Below are positions 35,331-47,476 of a stretch of 64,000 nt of DNA, in pieces. The stretch covers positions 682,001 through 746,000 of the forward strand of contig MU058221.1 of the NCBI GenBank assembly GCA_013265495.1, read 5' to 3'. Numbering within the stretch: the stretch's first letter is position 1; every line of letters starts with the position of its first letter. The notes beneath the pieces are model-generated. The model ran no database searches. It was not told the DNA's origin and worked only from the letters and a program-made list of their open reading frames with translations. Made by a program: the position numbers and the translations under genes. Source of the stretch: Vicugna vicugna. Taxonomy: Eukaryota.

Positions 35331-38300
35331 GCACCTCTGAAAGCTCCCATCAGCCAATGTTGTTGGCTCCAAATTATAAACGTTTGCTCCTGTGAGTTTT
35401 CCGTGCAACACGGTTAAGCTGGTTGAGTGATTCCAGCCCTTCAGTGATCAGAAAGATTGTTACAATTAAAACTAGCTGTAATTCAATCGGACTAAACTGA
35501 GAATGTATTATTTGGAAGCAGCAGGGGTGAACGTTCAGAGAGAAGTTAGAAAACCTAGGTAAGTCTGGCACAGAAAGTATAAGCCACGTTTTCTCAAGAA
35601 TGAGATAGTTCTCAATGCCAGTGAACGTAGATGTCTGCAGCCACTGACATTTCTTAAGCTACTGGGCGCTCTTCACGTTTACACGATGGCGCAAACCCGC
35701 CTTCTCTGTGGAGACTTCCCTACTAGCATTTATCTGCTTCTCCTTGGTTACTCAAACACAGACCCAGACGATCACTCACTAAGCATCCTGCTTACCGTCT
35801 TCTGAGTGTTCACAAGTGTGCGTGTGTTCTTATTCCCCTCACTTGCAGTCACGCCCTCCCCAGACCGTGGACGTTGCCACTGTTCAGCGACAGCAGCCCT
35901 AACCGTCTCTGGAGCCTACCACACGAGGATCGCCCCCTCCGAGTGCTGAATCCCTCTGCATCTCTAGCGTCTTAGCTCTGCTTCTGCGCTTGGGACCCTT
36001 GCTCACAGACCTTCTGCTAGTCAAAAGATAGTGCGTACTGGATGCTAAATCATTAGACATTAATACATATTCCCTACAGGGACATTAATTGTCTTCTGAA
36101 GACACTTAGCTAGAAATCAGAAGCCTGAATCTTGATGGTAATGGAAGCATTGACCCGAGATCCAATGGCTAACAAGTGGCAAGGCCCAATCTGACCTCAG
36201 ATAGTCTGGCTCCAGAGTCTGCTCTTAGTCATTAAACTACAATGCCCTTGATGGCGGAATCCACTTTCAATAGAGCGTCTAGCTTCCGAGCAGTCACTTC
36301 CTCGGGTGTTTTGTTTGTTTGTTTGTTTCCCTACTTTAAAAAAAAAAAAAAGATTGAGACCACGCAAGCCCCAGATCCCACCTTCTGTTTCATGAGTCTG
36401 TGAGAAAGTTTAGGGAAATGGTTTTATTTTAAGTTGCAAACTTTTAGACATAAGAATCTTCACAATTTCTACTCAGATAGGACTGACAAAAGTGACACAA
36501 ATCTCACTTGTAATGTCCTATGCTGTCTTATGCTGTCATGGTTTTGTTCTTCAAAGACAAGGGACAATCACAGCTGTTCAATAAAAGAGATTCACTCATT
36601 ATATTTAATGAATAGCAAACATAAATCACTTTTGAGAATGCCGTGCCCAGTTTAAGTGGAAGCGTCACACGTTATAACCAAGAGGAAGGAGTCGAAGGCA
36701 TTTGAAGCAACCACTTATAAATACCTCACACATTTCTCTAAAAATTTAAAACTTCTAACTTTTTTTTAGCACTTCAGTGTCTCCAAGAAGCAGTTAGATA
36801 TAGAATCTCAATTGCATAGTCAAACGCATGGAAGGAATTTCGATTAGGCAGATTTCTCAGAAGCTTTACTAGGACAATAGAGTCATAACTCCTCTTGGAA
36901 GGAACAGCCTCTCCACCTCCCTGTGGAACCCCTACTCCTCTCATGGAGCATCTTGTATGAAACAAGTTTTAGGAAATACTGATTTTGGAGTTAAGGGACC
37001 ATAACATAAAAAAATAGAAAGTTCATTTTAAATGTGCCAGGAACTTGAAAGAGACAACGCAGTCTTAGCTGTCTTAATGTAAGTTCCCAGTCAAAGTTTA
37101 ATTTCTCCATGTCCTGATGTTTATATATATTTATATACACACACACACACTGCTATTAATTATTAAATCTGTATGTGTACATATACATTTTACTCCATAT
37201 ATATAATTATCATATATTTATATATATAATAAAATGTACACTCAATTGAGTTCTAGACAAAGTAGCTTTCTAACATGTATACGAAAAACATTCGCATGCA
37301 TACTAGAAGACTCTCTTTAATGGCTCTGTGTTCTCAGAAGAATGCGTGCCCCAGGGGTGGGGATTGGTAAGAATCACGTTAGCTAGGGGTAAAAATGTCC
37401 AATGAAGTACAGCTTTCACTGACTTTTCTCCAGGGCTACAACTCACTGCTACACAGGTCAGCAGCGATAGTCCTCAGCGGGTTCCTGGAATGCAGAATGA
37501 GGAAGTTTGAAATGATTTGTTCCATCACCTGTTCCCAGAAGAACTGGCATAATTTAACGTGATGATGGTTCTCCTTCACCTCATTGAACAGGTAACAGAG
37601 AGCCGGATAGAAGCCTAAGTCATTTATGACCAGCTGCTTATAAATTGTGAGTCTGGGATTTCAAACTCTCCTTGCCACAACTGCCCACACATGAGCCCAA
37701 AGCATCTATACGCACATACAGAAAACCGAGGCAAAATCCTTTCTAAATCCGCCAAGGCAAGTGTAAATAAACACACCACAGTGTAAATATTTGGCTTTAG
37801 AAAAACAATGATTTGAGAGGGGTTATTCTTTTTACTGCCATGATTCAGAATCAACAGGTTACAAAAGAAGAAAAGAGGAAATGTTCAAAGTATGAACAGC
37901 AAATAATACAGAAAAAAAAAAAAAGAAAGTAATGTTTCTGCAAATAGGACTCCAGTGTCGTGGTCGGCAGGCTGGATGCTGAGAGGTTAAACACACAGGG
38001 AGCAAGAGAGGGCTACAGAGTGTATCTTAGCGTTTCAGAAACCAGAACGGGAGTCGTCTGTCACAGGAGCGCCCTCGAAGCCGAACTGCTACGTTGTCTT
38101 GCTTTTGCCTGGAATTAGTTTAGGCTCCTGTGCTGGGTTAGGTAACGCTGCTCTCTGGACCTTGGAAGTTAGAGATGTGTTTAATTGATTTAGTTTTGGG
38201 AAAAGGAAGTAAGTATCACTTAAAATGTATTAATTAGGCTAACACAATTTTTTCGGAAACATGACAAGTGGAGGGGTTTGTTACATATTCTAAACTACGC

Positions 38301-39084
38301 TGTTTTTCAGAGGTACTACCAGGGAAGGCTGTCATGGTTGCTATCTCAGACATGTCAGATACAATCTTCTAATCTGCCGACGTCTGGAGACCGAAAGATG
38401 GGCCCATGTGCACGTTGGCAAGAGGTGGTGATGAGTCTGCGCTTTCCTGAAGGTTGTTAAGAGTCTAAGTCCAGCGCACAGACGCTCTTGAAGTTGGCTT
38501 GGCAGGTTCTTATGGTGGCAGCTGCTGCCAGGTGCGAGGCTGCGTTTGTACGCAGTTCAGCTGGGAATGGTGTCCGGAACAGTGAAAGGGGCGTTAGAGA
38601 CAGAAGTGGCCGCAGGCAGTGGAGAGGGTGACTTGTGTGCGCTTTCCATTGTGAGGAAGCCTCTGATTGTCCGGTCTCTTTTTCAGTAAACTTTAAACTC
38701 CATGCAGGTTGGGGCCATTCCAATTTATGTCCTGTGCCAAGCACACCAATGAGCAGATACAAGGTGCACGGTAAACACTGGTTAAGTCCATGAGTAAATT
38801 AATCTATCGATCGCCATAGCCTACATTCACCCCTCAGCTTGGGTGAGAGTGACAGAAATAAAACCATCAGAGGTAAAACCAGGAGCATCTAGAACTGTGA
38901 CAATTTTCAACTTAGGTCTAATATGAAATTATTATGATATCAAAGTATAAGGCTGTTGGCGTTATATAAGTCCAGAACTAACTGGAGAGATTTATAATTC
39001 CCCATGTTTGGAAATTAAAACGGAGATTATTTATCCATCAGAAGGCTGTGAACGTCTTCCAGTCCTGGGATAAGGCAATGTCCA

Positions 39085-39238
39085 TTTTATTTTTATTTTA
39101 TATTTATTTATTTTTTGGGGGGGTGGTAATTAGATTTACTTACTTATTTATTTTTAGGGGATGTACTTGGGATTGAACCCAGGACCTCGTGTATGCACAG
39201 CATGTGCTCTACCACTTGAGCTATAGTCCCCCACCCCC
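39085..39238 (-). mobile_element. tRNA-derived SINE (vic-1-like)
   Basis: GGGATTGAACCCAGGACCTCGTGTATGCACAGCATGTGCTCTACCACTTGAGCTATA; flanks GCAATGTC / GCGATGTC form a degraded TSD. Confidence 0.9.
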
Positions 39239-39289
39239 GTGCGATGTCTAAATGCAGTATACTACAACAATAAATTATTCATTTAAACA

Positions 39290-39870
39290 GAAACTATTTG
39301 AATAGCCTTTATCCTAGATTTGGAGGATGCAATAGTGAGCATAATAAATATGGTCTTTTGTCTTCACGGAGATTATATTCAAGAGAGGAATAGAGAAAAC
39401 AAAGAAACATGAAACCAAGGAAATGAGATAATATCCAATATTGAAAGTCTCCATGGAAAAAATAATATTGGCTGATGGATTCAGAGGACTGGGAAGTACT
39501 AAAGGGGGCTATTTTGGAGCAGACAGTGTTGGTCAGCCTCTCTGAGCAAGTGACTTCAGATAAGAACAAGAAGTTACTGTCACTGAAAAGATCTGAGAGA
39601 CACCATTCCGGGCAAAAGAAACAACATGGGCTAAAGCTCTCAAAATGGACTGTGTGTGATGTGATCAAAGAAGCAGGAGAGCAAGGAAGGTGGGGCACAC
39701 AGGGGAAGAGGGGAACTGCTGTGAGGCAAGATCGGAGAAGGCGGAGGTTCTAGATCCTGTGGGATTTGGATGTTATTCTGACTCCAGTGGAAATCCAGGG
39801 ATTTTTTTTCCAGCATCATTAAAGTTATAAAACATCATCATGGCTGTCATAAGGAGAATGCATCCATTCT
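39290..39870 (-). mobile_element. LINE-2 relic
   Basis: GGATGCAATAGTGAGCA.., GGTCAGCCTCTCTGAGCAAGTGACTTCAGA.., GATTTGGATGTTATTCTGA are typical of an antisense L2 3' region. Confidence 0.6.
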
Positions 39871-42800
39871 GTTATGGACGCTGAATGACCGCAGTATATA
39901 TAAACCTCAGACATCACTAGTAATGGTGTTGCCAGAGCTTTTGGCTCTTTTCCAATGTTGCATCAAGATTTCAAACCCATTCTGGCTGAACATTATAGGC
40001 TAATTGTTCTCTATCCTCCAACATCCCCCAAATGATTTTGCTGACAGAGTAATAAAATCACCCTTGATTAAGGCAGTTTGGGTCACATTTCAAATCAAAG
40101 ACAGCTGATTTAAGTTGGGACCTCAAATTACCAAACTTCGGAAAAGTCTCCTACGATAACTCCTGTGCATGCGGCATCACAGCTCAAATCACCCCACCAA
40201 GGTGGTAAGGTCATTCCCGGACCATTTCCCACGATGTCCATTCAGAGCCTGAACCATTTCTGGCAAAATGTGGCTTGCCATTTATATTTTTGTTTGAGGC
40301 CAGATTGAAGAAATTTTTTTAAAAAATTACATTTTTCCTGATTTCGATGTGTTTTCTCACCAGAAAACTTTTAGGACACACTCAGACGTTACCTTCTCTC
40401 CTCCTTGCAGCTTGTCATCGGGATGAGGTTATAATTGACGCTGACACTTAAGCAAGCTGTGACTTGCTGTCCGCTGCAGAGTTGAGCTCACAACATTGGG
40501 CCATTTGCTATAAATTCACGCAAAGTTCTACCCGTACGTCTCCTTGATGTTTCATTATGCTATTAGCTTAAATAGCTATGACAATCACTGACCATTCTGG
40601 GTGATGTGGAGGTTTTAGCAGGCCTCTGGGTTTGCCTTACTATTTTCAGCTCATAAATAAAACTATATATTATATGTTCCACCTATTATTTCAAAGTAAA
40701 TTATGTTCTATTTTTTCCTCTCTGGATGGCTGTGTTTCGGTATTCTCTGTTCTGTGCTGGGCACTGGTTAGTGAATGTTGAATAAGACATGATCACTTCT
40801 TTCAGGGGGTATCAGGTACGGTGGGGAGGACAACAATGTAATCAACAATTTAACAAGAATTGGGTGCCATAAGGGACTTGAACCCCCTCCCTCTTGCTCC
40901 CACCCCCACATAGCAATGGAATCTAACTCATCAGGAGCCTCCCCTCATGAGGTGAAACTTCAGTAAGACTTTGAAGAATAAACAGCAAAATTACACGAAG
41001 GAAGAATTCCTTCGTTCAGATTCCTTCCCCAGAAATGCATGAGGAATCGTGAGGACTGGGGATCCAGAGCAAGTGTGAGGCTGTAGGAGGGAGACCACGT
41101 TCACTCACTGAGTCGGAAGGAGGAAGTAGAGATGGCAGGCAGAGACGTCACTCAACTGTTGGAGAACGAGCTGAATGGCTGCATTTATCCCAGGAGATGT
41201 AAGATCGGGTTATCTTCTGGTGGGAAAAGGAGCTGAGTTAGGGGGTTTGGGCTGGAAGGGTGACTGCTTCCATGTTCAGCGTGGGAGGCAGGAGACCAGA
41301 GGTTTAGACTGGAAAACTAAGACAGATACTAGTTAATGGTTTGTTAGAAAATGACAAAGTCAGGGGCCTGGAAGTCTTGGTGGAAAAGTCATTGTACTTA
41401 CATTATATACTAAAGCAGTTACATTTTGGGATGCTTGAACATGGTTGGCTATTTGCACCACAAAAATAAAATAGAATGATTACAAAAAACTCACGGGTTT
41501 TAGAGATGTCAGTGATTCTGTGGTTCAGTGCTAGCCACTTACAAATGTCAAACTTCTGCACATGAGATTTTGCTCCATACGCAACCTCAACTCTGATTTC
41601 TCCATCTTCTCAGCCTTCCTGTGGAGGCTTCCCCACTACATCCAGAATGTTCAACCTGCCTGACTAGCAGCTCTTTGCCCTCACGTGACTCCCTCCTTTC
41701 CAACTTCCTGTAGGACTTTAAGTCCTTGAATGGTCATCTAATTATCAGATTACAGAGTCATTACAGACGCGAAATCTTGCCTTATATTTTTTCCCTTTTT
41801 GTTTGTTCTGCAGAAGACTTCCCCACCCAGCTGTACCCTAGAACACACTGCTGCTGTGTCCCCACAACCAATCTCTGTGTTCGAGCTCCCTGGAAGTGGG
41901 AGCTGGGCGTTGGTGTTTGGGGAAGTTCTCCAGGTGATTTTAATGCACCGCTGTGTCAACCAAGCGTTAGTCCCCAGATGGCCCTCAGAGAAAAGCAGTG
42001 TGTTTGGGAAGCTTTTGTATATAAGAAGAAAACCGGACAATTTCATACCAAATTGCAAAAGCACAAACATCGCAATTTTGCAGTGGGGTGGTCAGTGTTC
42101 TTGAAGCACAGATTATGTTTGAGAACTAGATTTAGAGCAATGGTGCAATTTAAGTAAAGCTCATTTGTGGAAACACGCAAGCATTTTGCCAATCTGACCA
42201 TTTGGATGATTTTCATTTATCTGCAGAAAAAAAAAAGTAAGCGTTCTCGTGAACTCTAATCTTCTTACGCCATTTTCTAAAAGGAATAAAAAGCAACAAA
42301 AAAACAATTACATTGAAACAATGCTCTGACCTCAATAATCACACACTGAAAATACTTTTATCTGGAAAAAGCCAATAGGAGGGAAAACAGCTTTTGTGTG
42401 TCTGGGACGACAGTAACTCAGCAGGACGACAGAAGCAAGCCCTATTAAATCTACCCATGTTCTGCAATTCTGGTTTCTTCACACAGTGACTCTTTGACTC
42501 CTGGTTTCAAACTTTCCGCTCTCAACTGGGAATGCAACGACATAGCCAACTGCCCGGCTTCTGCGAGCATTACACTTGTCACGAGGGTGTGTTTGGCACT
42601 GTATGGATCCATTACAAATATACCAAGTTGTATATTATTTGCAGAAATAATGACTCACTTTCTCGCTGGCTGTTTCTAACATGCCTAGGAATTGACTAGG
42701 CATTTGAAGGAAAGACCAGGAACAAAATTGGTTTAGCCTGTCCCTTATCACCTCGGGGCCTTCCGCTGCCGTTTTTTTTTTTTTTAACCTACATTATTCA

Positions 42801-45800
42801 TAATGTCTTTATTTCTTATCTCACAATAACACAAAACTCCTCCCGTCCTGCTTTTCCTAGAAAACTGTGGTTCTGGAAGTTCTCTCTTTCCCCATAATTT
42901 CTGCCCCCTCCCCTCATAAAGATTCCCTTTAGCTAGCTAACATCTGGAAAAAACAGAATCCTTTAAAATAAATTCAAATTCTCAGAGAAAGTCACAAAAT
43001 AATATTAAAACAATTAGGAAACAGGAAAATGTATCCCACTGATAAAACATGCATTGTGTGCTCTGTTTCTGTTTCTGTGTCATATTCATGAATCATTCTG
43101 TATGTCTTCTTAACTAAATCTCCCTTCCCCACAATCTTTACCTAGCTCTCCCCCCATCACCTGAGGTCACACAGCTGGTTACTGGTGGGAATAAAACCCA
43201 AATCAAGTTCAGTGTGGTTCCTAATTTGCCACTTCTCCCCCTCCCCCTGCCCCGCATGTCCAGAGTCTGGCGATGTTTTTGAAGGTGCAACAAGTACTGA
43301 GAGCTCGTTTAGAGGTTTGACCTAAGAACATGCAGCTGATCATTTCCCAGGACGGAAACACTCTCTCTTCTAGCAGGCGGGTTTATCCTATGCCCCAGAT
43401 CTGCAGCTGCGAGAAGGAACAGGGTGCGTGGAGAGAAACCAGCCGCCCTGTGTCTGCGGCGCAGTAAGACCAGGATGGACGGGTGGACGTGTCGGTGAGA
43501 TGGGTGTGAGCGTGCAGCCGGCCTGCCATCATGACTCCGTCAGCTCAAAACACTGCACCTCAGTGCAGACACGCCAGAGAGACTTCAGGGCAGCCGGAAA
43601 GGTATAATTGATCTTCTGTTTGACGGAGCTCCTGCAGGGAGAAGCGCGCCTTCCTTCACCCATCCTGGCAGTGGGTGGAGGCGGAAGGGGGTGGAATGAA
43701 TGTGAAATCAAAATGCTACTCGGCTCCTGCAGCAAATGGCCAGGTCCCGAGGCTTGGAGAAAGTTGAAATGTAGGGAATCAGCACAACGTGACGTCTCTA
43801 GGTAACAGCACTGTACTGTGCACTTAAAAAATATATTATTAAGAGGAGAGCTCTCATGTTAAATACTCTTATCACAGTAAAAACAGCAAAAAAGGAATTC
43901 GTCTGTGGGGTGACCCAGGTTCCCCTTTGATCCACTGAGTCACAGTGAAGACCTTTCACTGTTCTAGAAATAAATAATTCCTTACACTTTGCCTTTACTT
44001 TAAAGCTAATGAGGCAGTAGCGTGTATAATTTTAACATGCACGTCAGGGAATGGAAACAGGGACCCATTGAAAGGACACATGGGACAAAGCTGTCGCTTG
44101 TGAACTGAGACCTGTGCTTGTGTTCTAACTACGCCTATGACTTGCTAGTTGTCTTGGTTGTCACTCGGTTACTCTCTGTGTTTACAGTGGGAAGGGCAGT
44201 ATTTCTTTGCACGTTTGTTAACATTGAATCATCGAGTGTACACATTGCTCGGTTCCATGCCAGACACACAGCACATTAACACGTGAGACCACTGCCACTT
44301 AGCAGTTCAGTCTTCAGCCCAGAGACAATTATTCTGCACAGCGGCAGGACGTAACTGAAGCTTCCTTACTTTGTCTCCAAAATGGTAAGTTACTTTGCCA
44401 TTTTCAATAGAAAAAACATAACTGACTGAGTTCATAGTTAATCGTGCGACCTTCAGTGCCTGTAAACCTTCCGTGAAGTACCATGTGTGAAAGGGGTAAG
44501 AGGCAAAATTACTGTTTTTCTCTTAGAACTCTTTTTATTTTACCATTGCTATTCCACCGATATGGGCAGTCGTCACCAGCAATTGAAGTCTTCTGGCTCA
44601 AAACTATTTACCTATAATTCCGTTGGAATATAGTCCTTCCTTAAGTTAAACAGACACGGTGGTGTTTAGAATTCTAAGAGGCGCTCTCTCATCTTCATTC
44701 CAGGATGACTTGGTTTTTGTGGGATATCTTCATAATTTTTTTTAATAGTCTAGAGTCTGTCTTCTTTGGATTAAATAAAATCAAAGTTCTTATATAATTT
44801 TATTGGCTTACGTTGTCCCTAGTAACTTTGCAAATGTCTATTTTCAGTATACTGGTAAGGATTCTCTCTATATTCCAGGTGTGGCTTAATGCGGTCAATT
44901 TTGGATGTCTACCCCTTTATCAGCTAATATACGCAAACCTTTGTTTTAACAGTAAGATTCTTTTATTTAAAAATATAACCCTTAGAACTTAAATTACAGC
45001 TTGTTATGTACCAAAAGACACATTTCAAGAGGGAAAAATGCTAGGAAAGAGGAAAGAAAGAAACAAAAATGATTGAGGAAGAAAGTTTTGAAGAGCAAGT
45101 TCAGGGGAAAAGCAACCGCCTGTGGAAACTGTGGGCTTCACGAGCTGAAATGTGTTTCAGATGCTTCATTGGCAGGAAGAGAAACTTGGCCAAAACACGC
45201 TTCAAAGTCGGGCGGTGCAGCTGGGTATGTCCATGCCCAGATGCTTCACTCGCCTTTAAGAAAATGTCATGGCTAATTAGGAAACAGCTGACACTATATA
45301 TTTAACAGGTCGGAATTGTGACCTATTTTTTTTTCTTTAACAATTCTTGATAACTTCTCATTAAACACAAATTGACTTATTCTCTCATACTTAGAGCACA
45401 AATGAGCCAAAGCTTTACTTTTGGAGGGAGACACTGACACTTAGCTCCTATCACTGTCAATTGAAATGTCCACAAGACACATTACTTTTATTCATCGTGG
45501 TAGAGAACTGTTTCAGAACATCCAGACTTCCCTTCCTTTTACAGTTTAATTGAACTTTGTTCAGTCTGGTTTCTTCAGAATGACCCATTTTAATTGCCAC
45601 AACTAGAAAAGTGTCAAGTATAGTAAAACCACATAGATTTTAACTGCTCTTGAAGTTTTTATTAGTGAAATGTTTGAAATGATGGGTACATATTTATAAG
45701 TATCATTTTTTTTTAGAATTACCATAGTTAATGACAATATCAGTAAATTATTGGTCAATTGTAAGACGCCCTCCGCCCTGCATCCCTGGCCCCTGCCCGT

Positions 45801-46206
45801 ATTCCTTGTGACGGCACATGGAGGATGCCGGCCTGGTGTGGGAATAAAGAGGTGAAGCTTTTATTCCTCGTAGCAAAGCTGAGAACTACGATGCTTTGAA
45901 ACGCCCTCCCGCAGTAATACGACCAGCACTTGAATAAACGAGAAAACATGATTGATCAAGCAATTCTGAGATTTCAAAAAAGATGGCAGAAATCTTCCTG
46001 GACAAGCAATGACGTGAAGTGTGCTTGATACCATCGGTCGAATATGAAATGGAACCCTTGGGTGGTTCTGAATGCAAAAGAATCCCACGTATTTTAAAAT
46101 GAGAGGTTATAATTTTTTTGCATATAGTAACTCAAAGGCAAGGCTAATGAGATTGTTTTGTAAGAAATAATAATGGGCTTACTTTAGGAAATATGTGCTG
46201 TGTTTG

Positions 46207-46734
46207 TGTTACCCCGAAAGGTAACGGCCCCAGTTGCTGTCATGCCTGAAAGATAAGTTTACAGTCGGGAGATAGTGGTTTGTGTTGCAAAAGATTTTAA
46301 AAGATTTATTTAGAAAAGAAAAGGTGCACCTCCAAGAGCAGGAGGCGGGCTGATCCACGGGAGGAAGAGCAGCGACTTTTGTCCCCCCTTTTCTCGGATA
46401 CCCTCGCCTAGAGGTGGCCTTTTGATTGATGGATGGCTCCCGTCCCTGGAGTGCCTCGTCACGTCTGGCCCCTCTGCGTGTGGTGTATATGGAGAAACCT
46501 ACAGGTGGGCACTAAACCACAATGTAAGTTATAATACGATGAACCTTGTGTCCTGCCTGGCTAAATCCTGTCTGCCGCCTGTCATGGCTATCAGGTTCTA
46601 ACCGGGTTCTTGCCGGCACTCATTTAGAAGTAAAGCCCCTTTATGCTGGAGGGGGACCTACAGCCATCCTCTGGACCCTCCTCCCCCTTCTCCACCTGTC
46701 TGCCCGGTGCCCCCACTTATCTAACTACCTAACA
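46207..46734 (-). mobile_element. Solo LTR, ERV1-type, 4-bp TSD TTTG
   Basis: Termini TGTTA...TAACA; TTTG at 46203-46206 and 46735-46738; AATAAA on the minus strand near 46306-46311. Confidence 0.9.
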
Positions 46735-47019
46735 TTTGTAAATAGCAGTGTTTACTTAAAATCTCTCCCTTGATGAGAGCTTGTTCACTTAAGCCAGTAT
46801 AACTAAGTCTCCTACGTCTGTGTTTCCTATTTGAGAGAGTAACGTGACGTAAGCACAGAGGTAAGTCCTGTTAAGGCAGACTTGTTGGAGCTTTGCAAAC
46901 GTATGTGTGCGTCAGGGTCACAGGACAAGACCTGGAGAAACTGGGAGGGCGCATCCTCGGCCAGTGTGTCGGGGTTTCCAGGGGTAGTTCAGGGCTGGTA
47001 CCCAGGCATTGATCGCTCT

Positions 47020-47476
47020 TGTGAATGCAGAAGGACTAAGATGGCTAAGATAGAGAGTTCTACAAGGCTTCAGTGATAACCCACTGCGGCTGCTGGTGGA
47101 CGGAGCACTCTGAAAGGAACCCGTGATGGGCAACTGGATGAGGTTCTCTGCTTGGAAAACAGGCGTTCCGACAGGTAGATACACGTCTCAGGAAGAGTCT
47201 CAGCGACCTGAGACTTGTATCTCCCCATACACAGAAAAACACTAAAATCGTTAACTTTAAGTATCTGGGTTTTTTTTTTTGTGATTAGCAGTAATCTTTT
47301 GCCAAGATATGTGCTTGACTGCATGTAATTCCTAGCTAAAACCATACGTAAACTGGCTCCTCCCTTCCCTCTTCAGAGCAGTTTCCTCAGAGCTGCGTGG
47401 CTAGAGACCTCAGCAAGACCTGGCATGAAAATTAAACTCACAAATTTCATGTTGTGTGTTTTTCTTTAAGTTGACA
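47020..47476 (+). mobile_element. Solo LTR, ERV1-type (MER41-like), 4-bp TSD CTCT
   Basis: TG...TTGACA termini; CTCT at 47016-47019 and 47477-47480; ATTAAA near 47431. Confidence 0.85.

Noticed and set aside
40392..40440. Strong acceptor-like CCTTCTCTCCTCCTTGCAG
   Set aside because: No convincing downstream frame or donor; cannot support an exon.
40995..41015. Perfect 9-bp hairpin (similar ones at 14176-14195 and 63435-63458)
   Set aside because: Too short to imply function; within chance or template-switch expectation and too short for a pre-miRNA.
41726..42157. Overlapping 101-143-aa ORFs
   Set aside because: Overlap a MER5-like relic; no coding signature.
44320..44390. Possible exon ending CCAAAATG|GTAAGT
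   Set aside because: Strong donor-like motif, but no supportable partner exon or recognisable protein; such motifs occur by chance in 64 kb.
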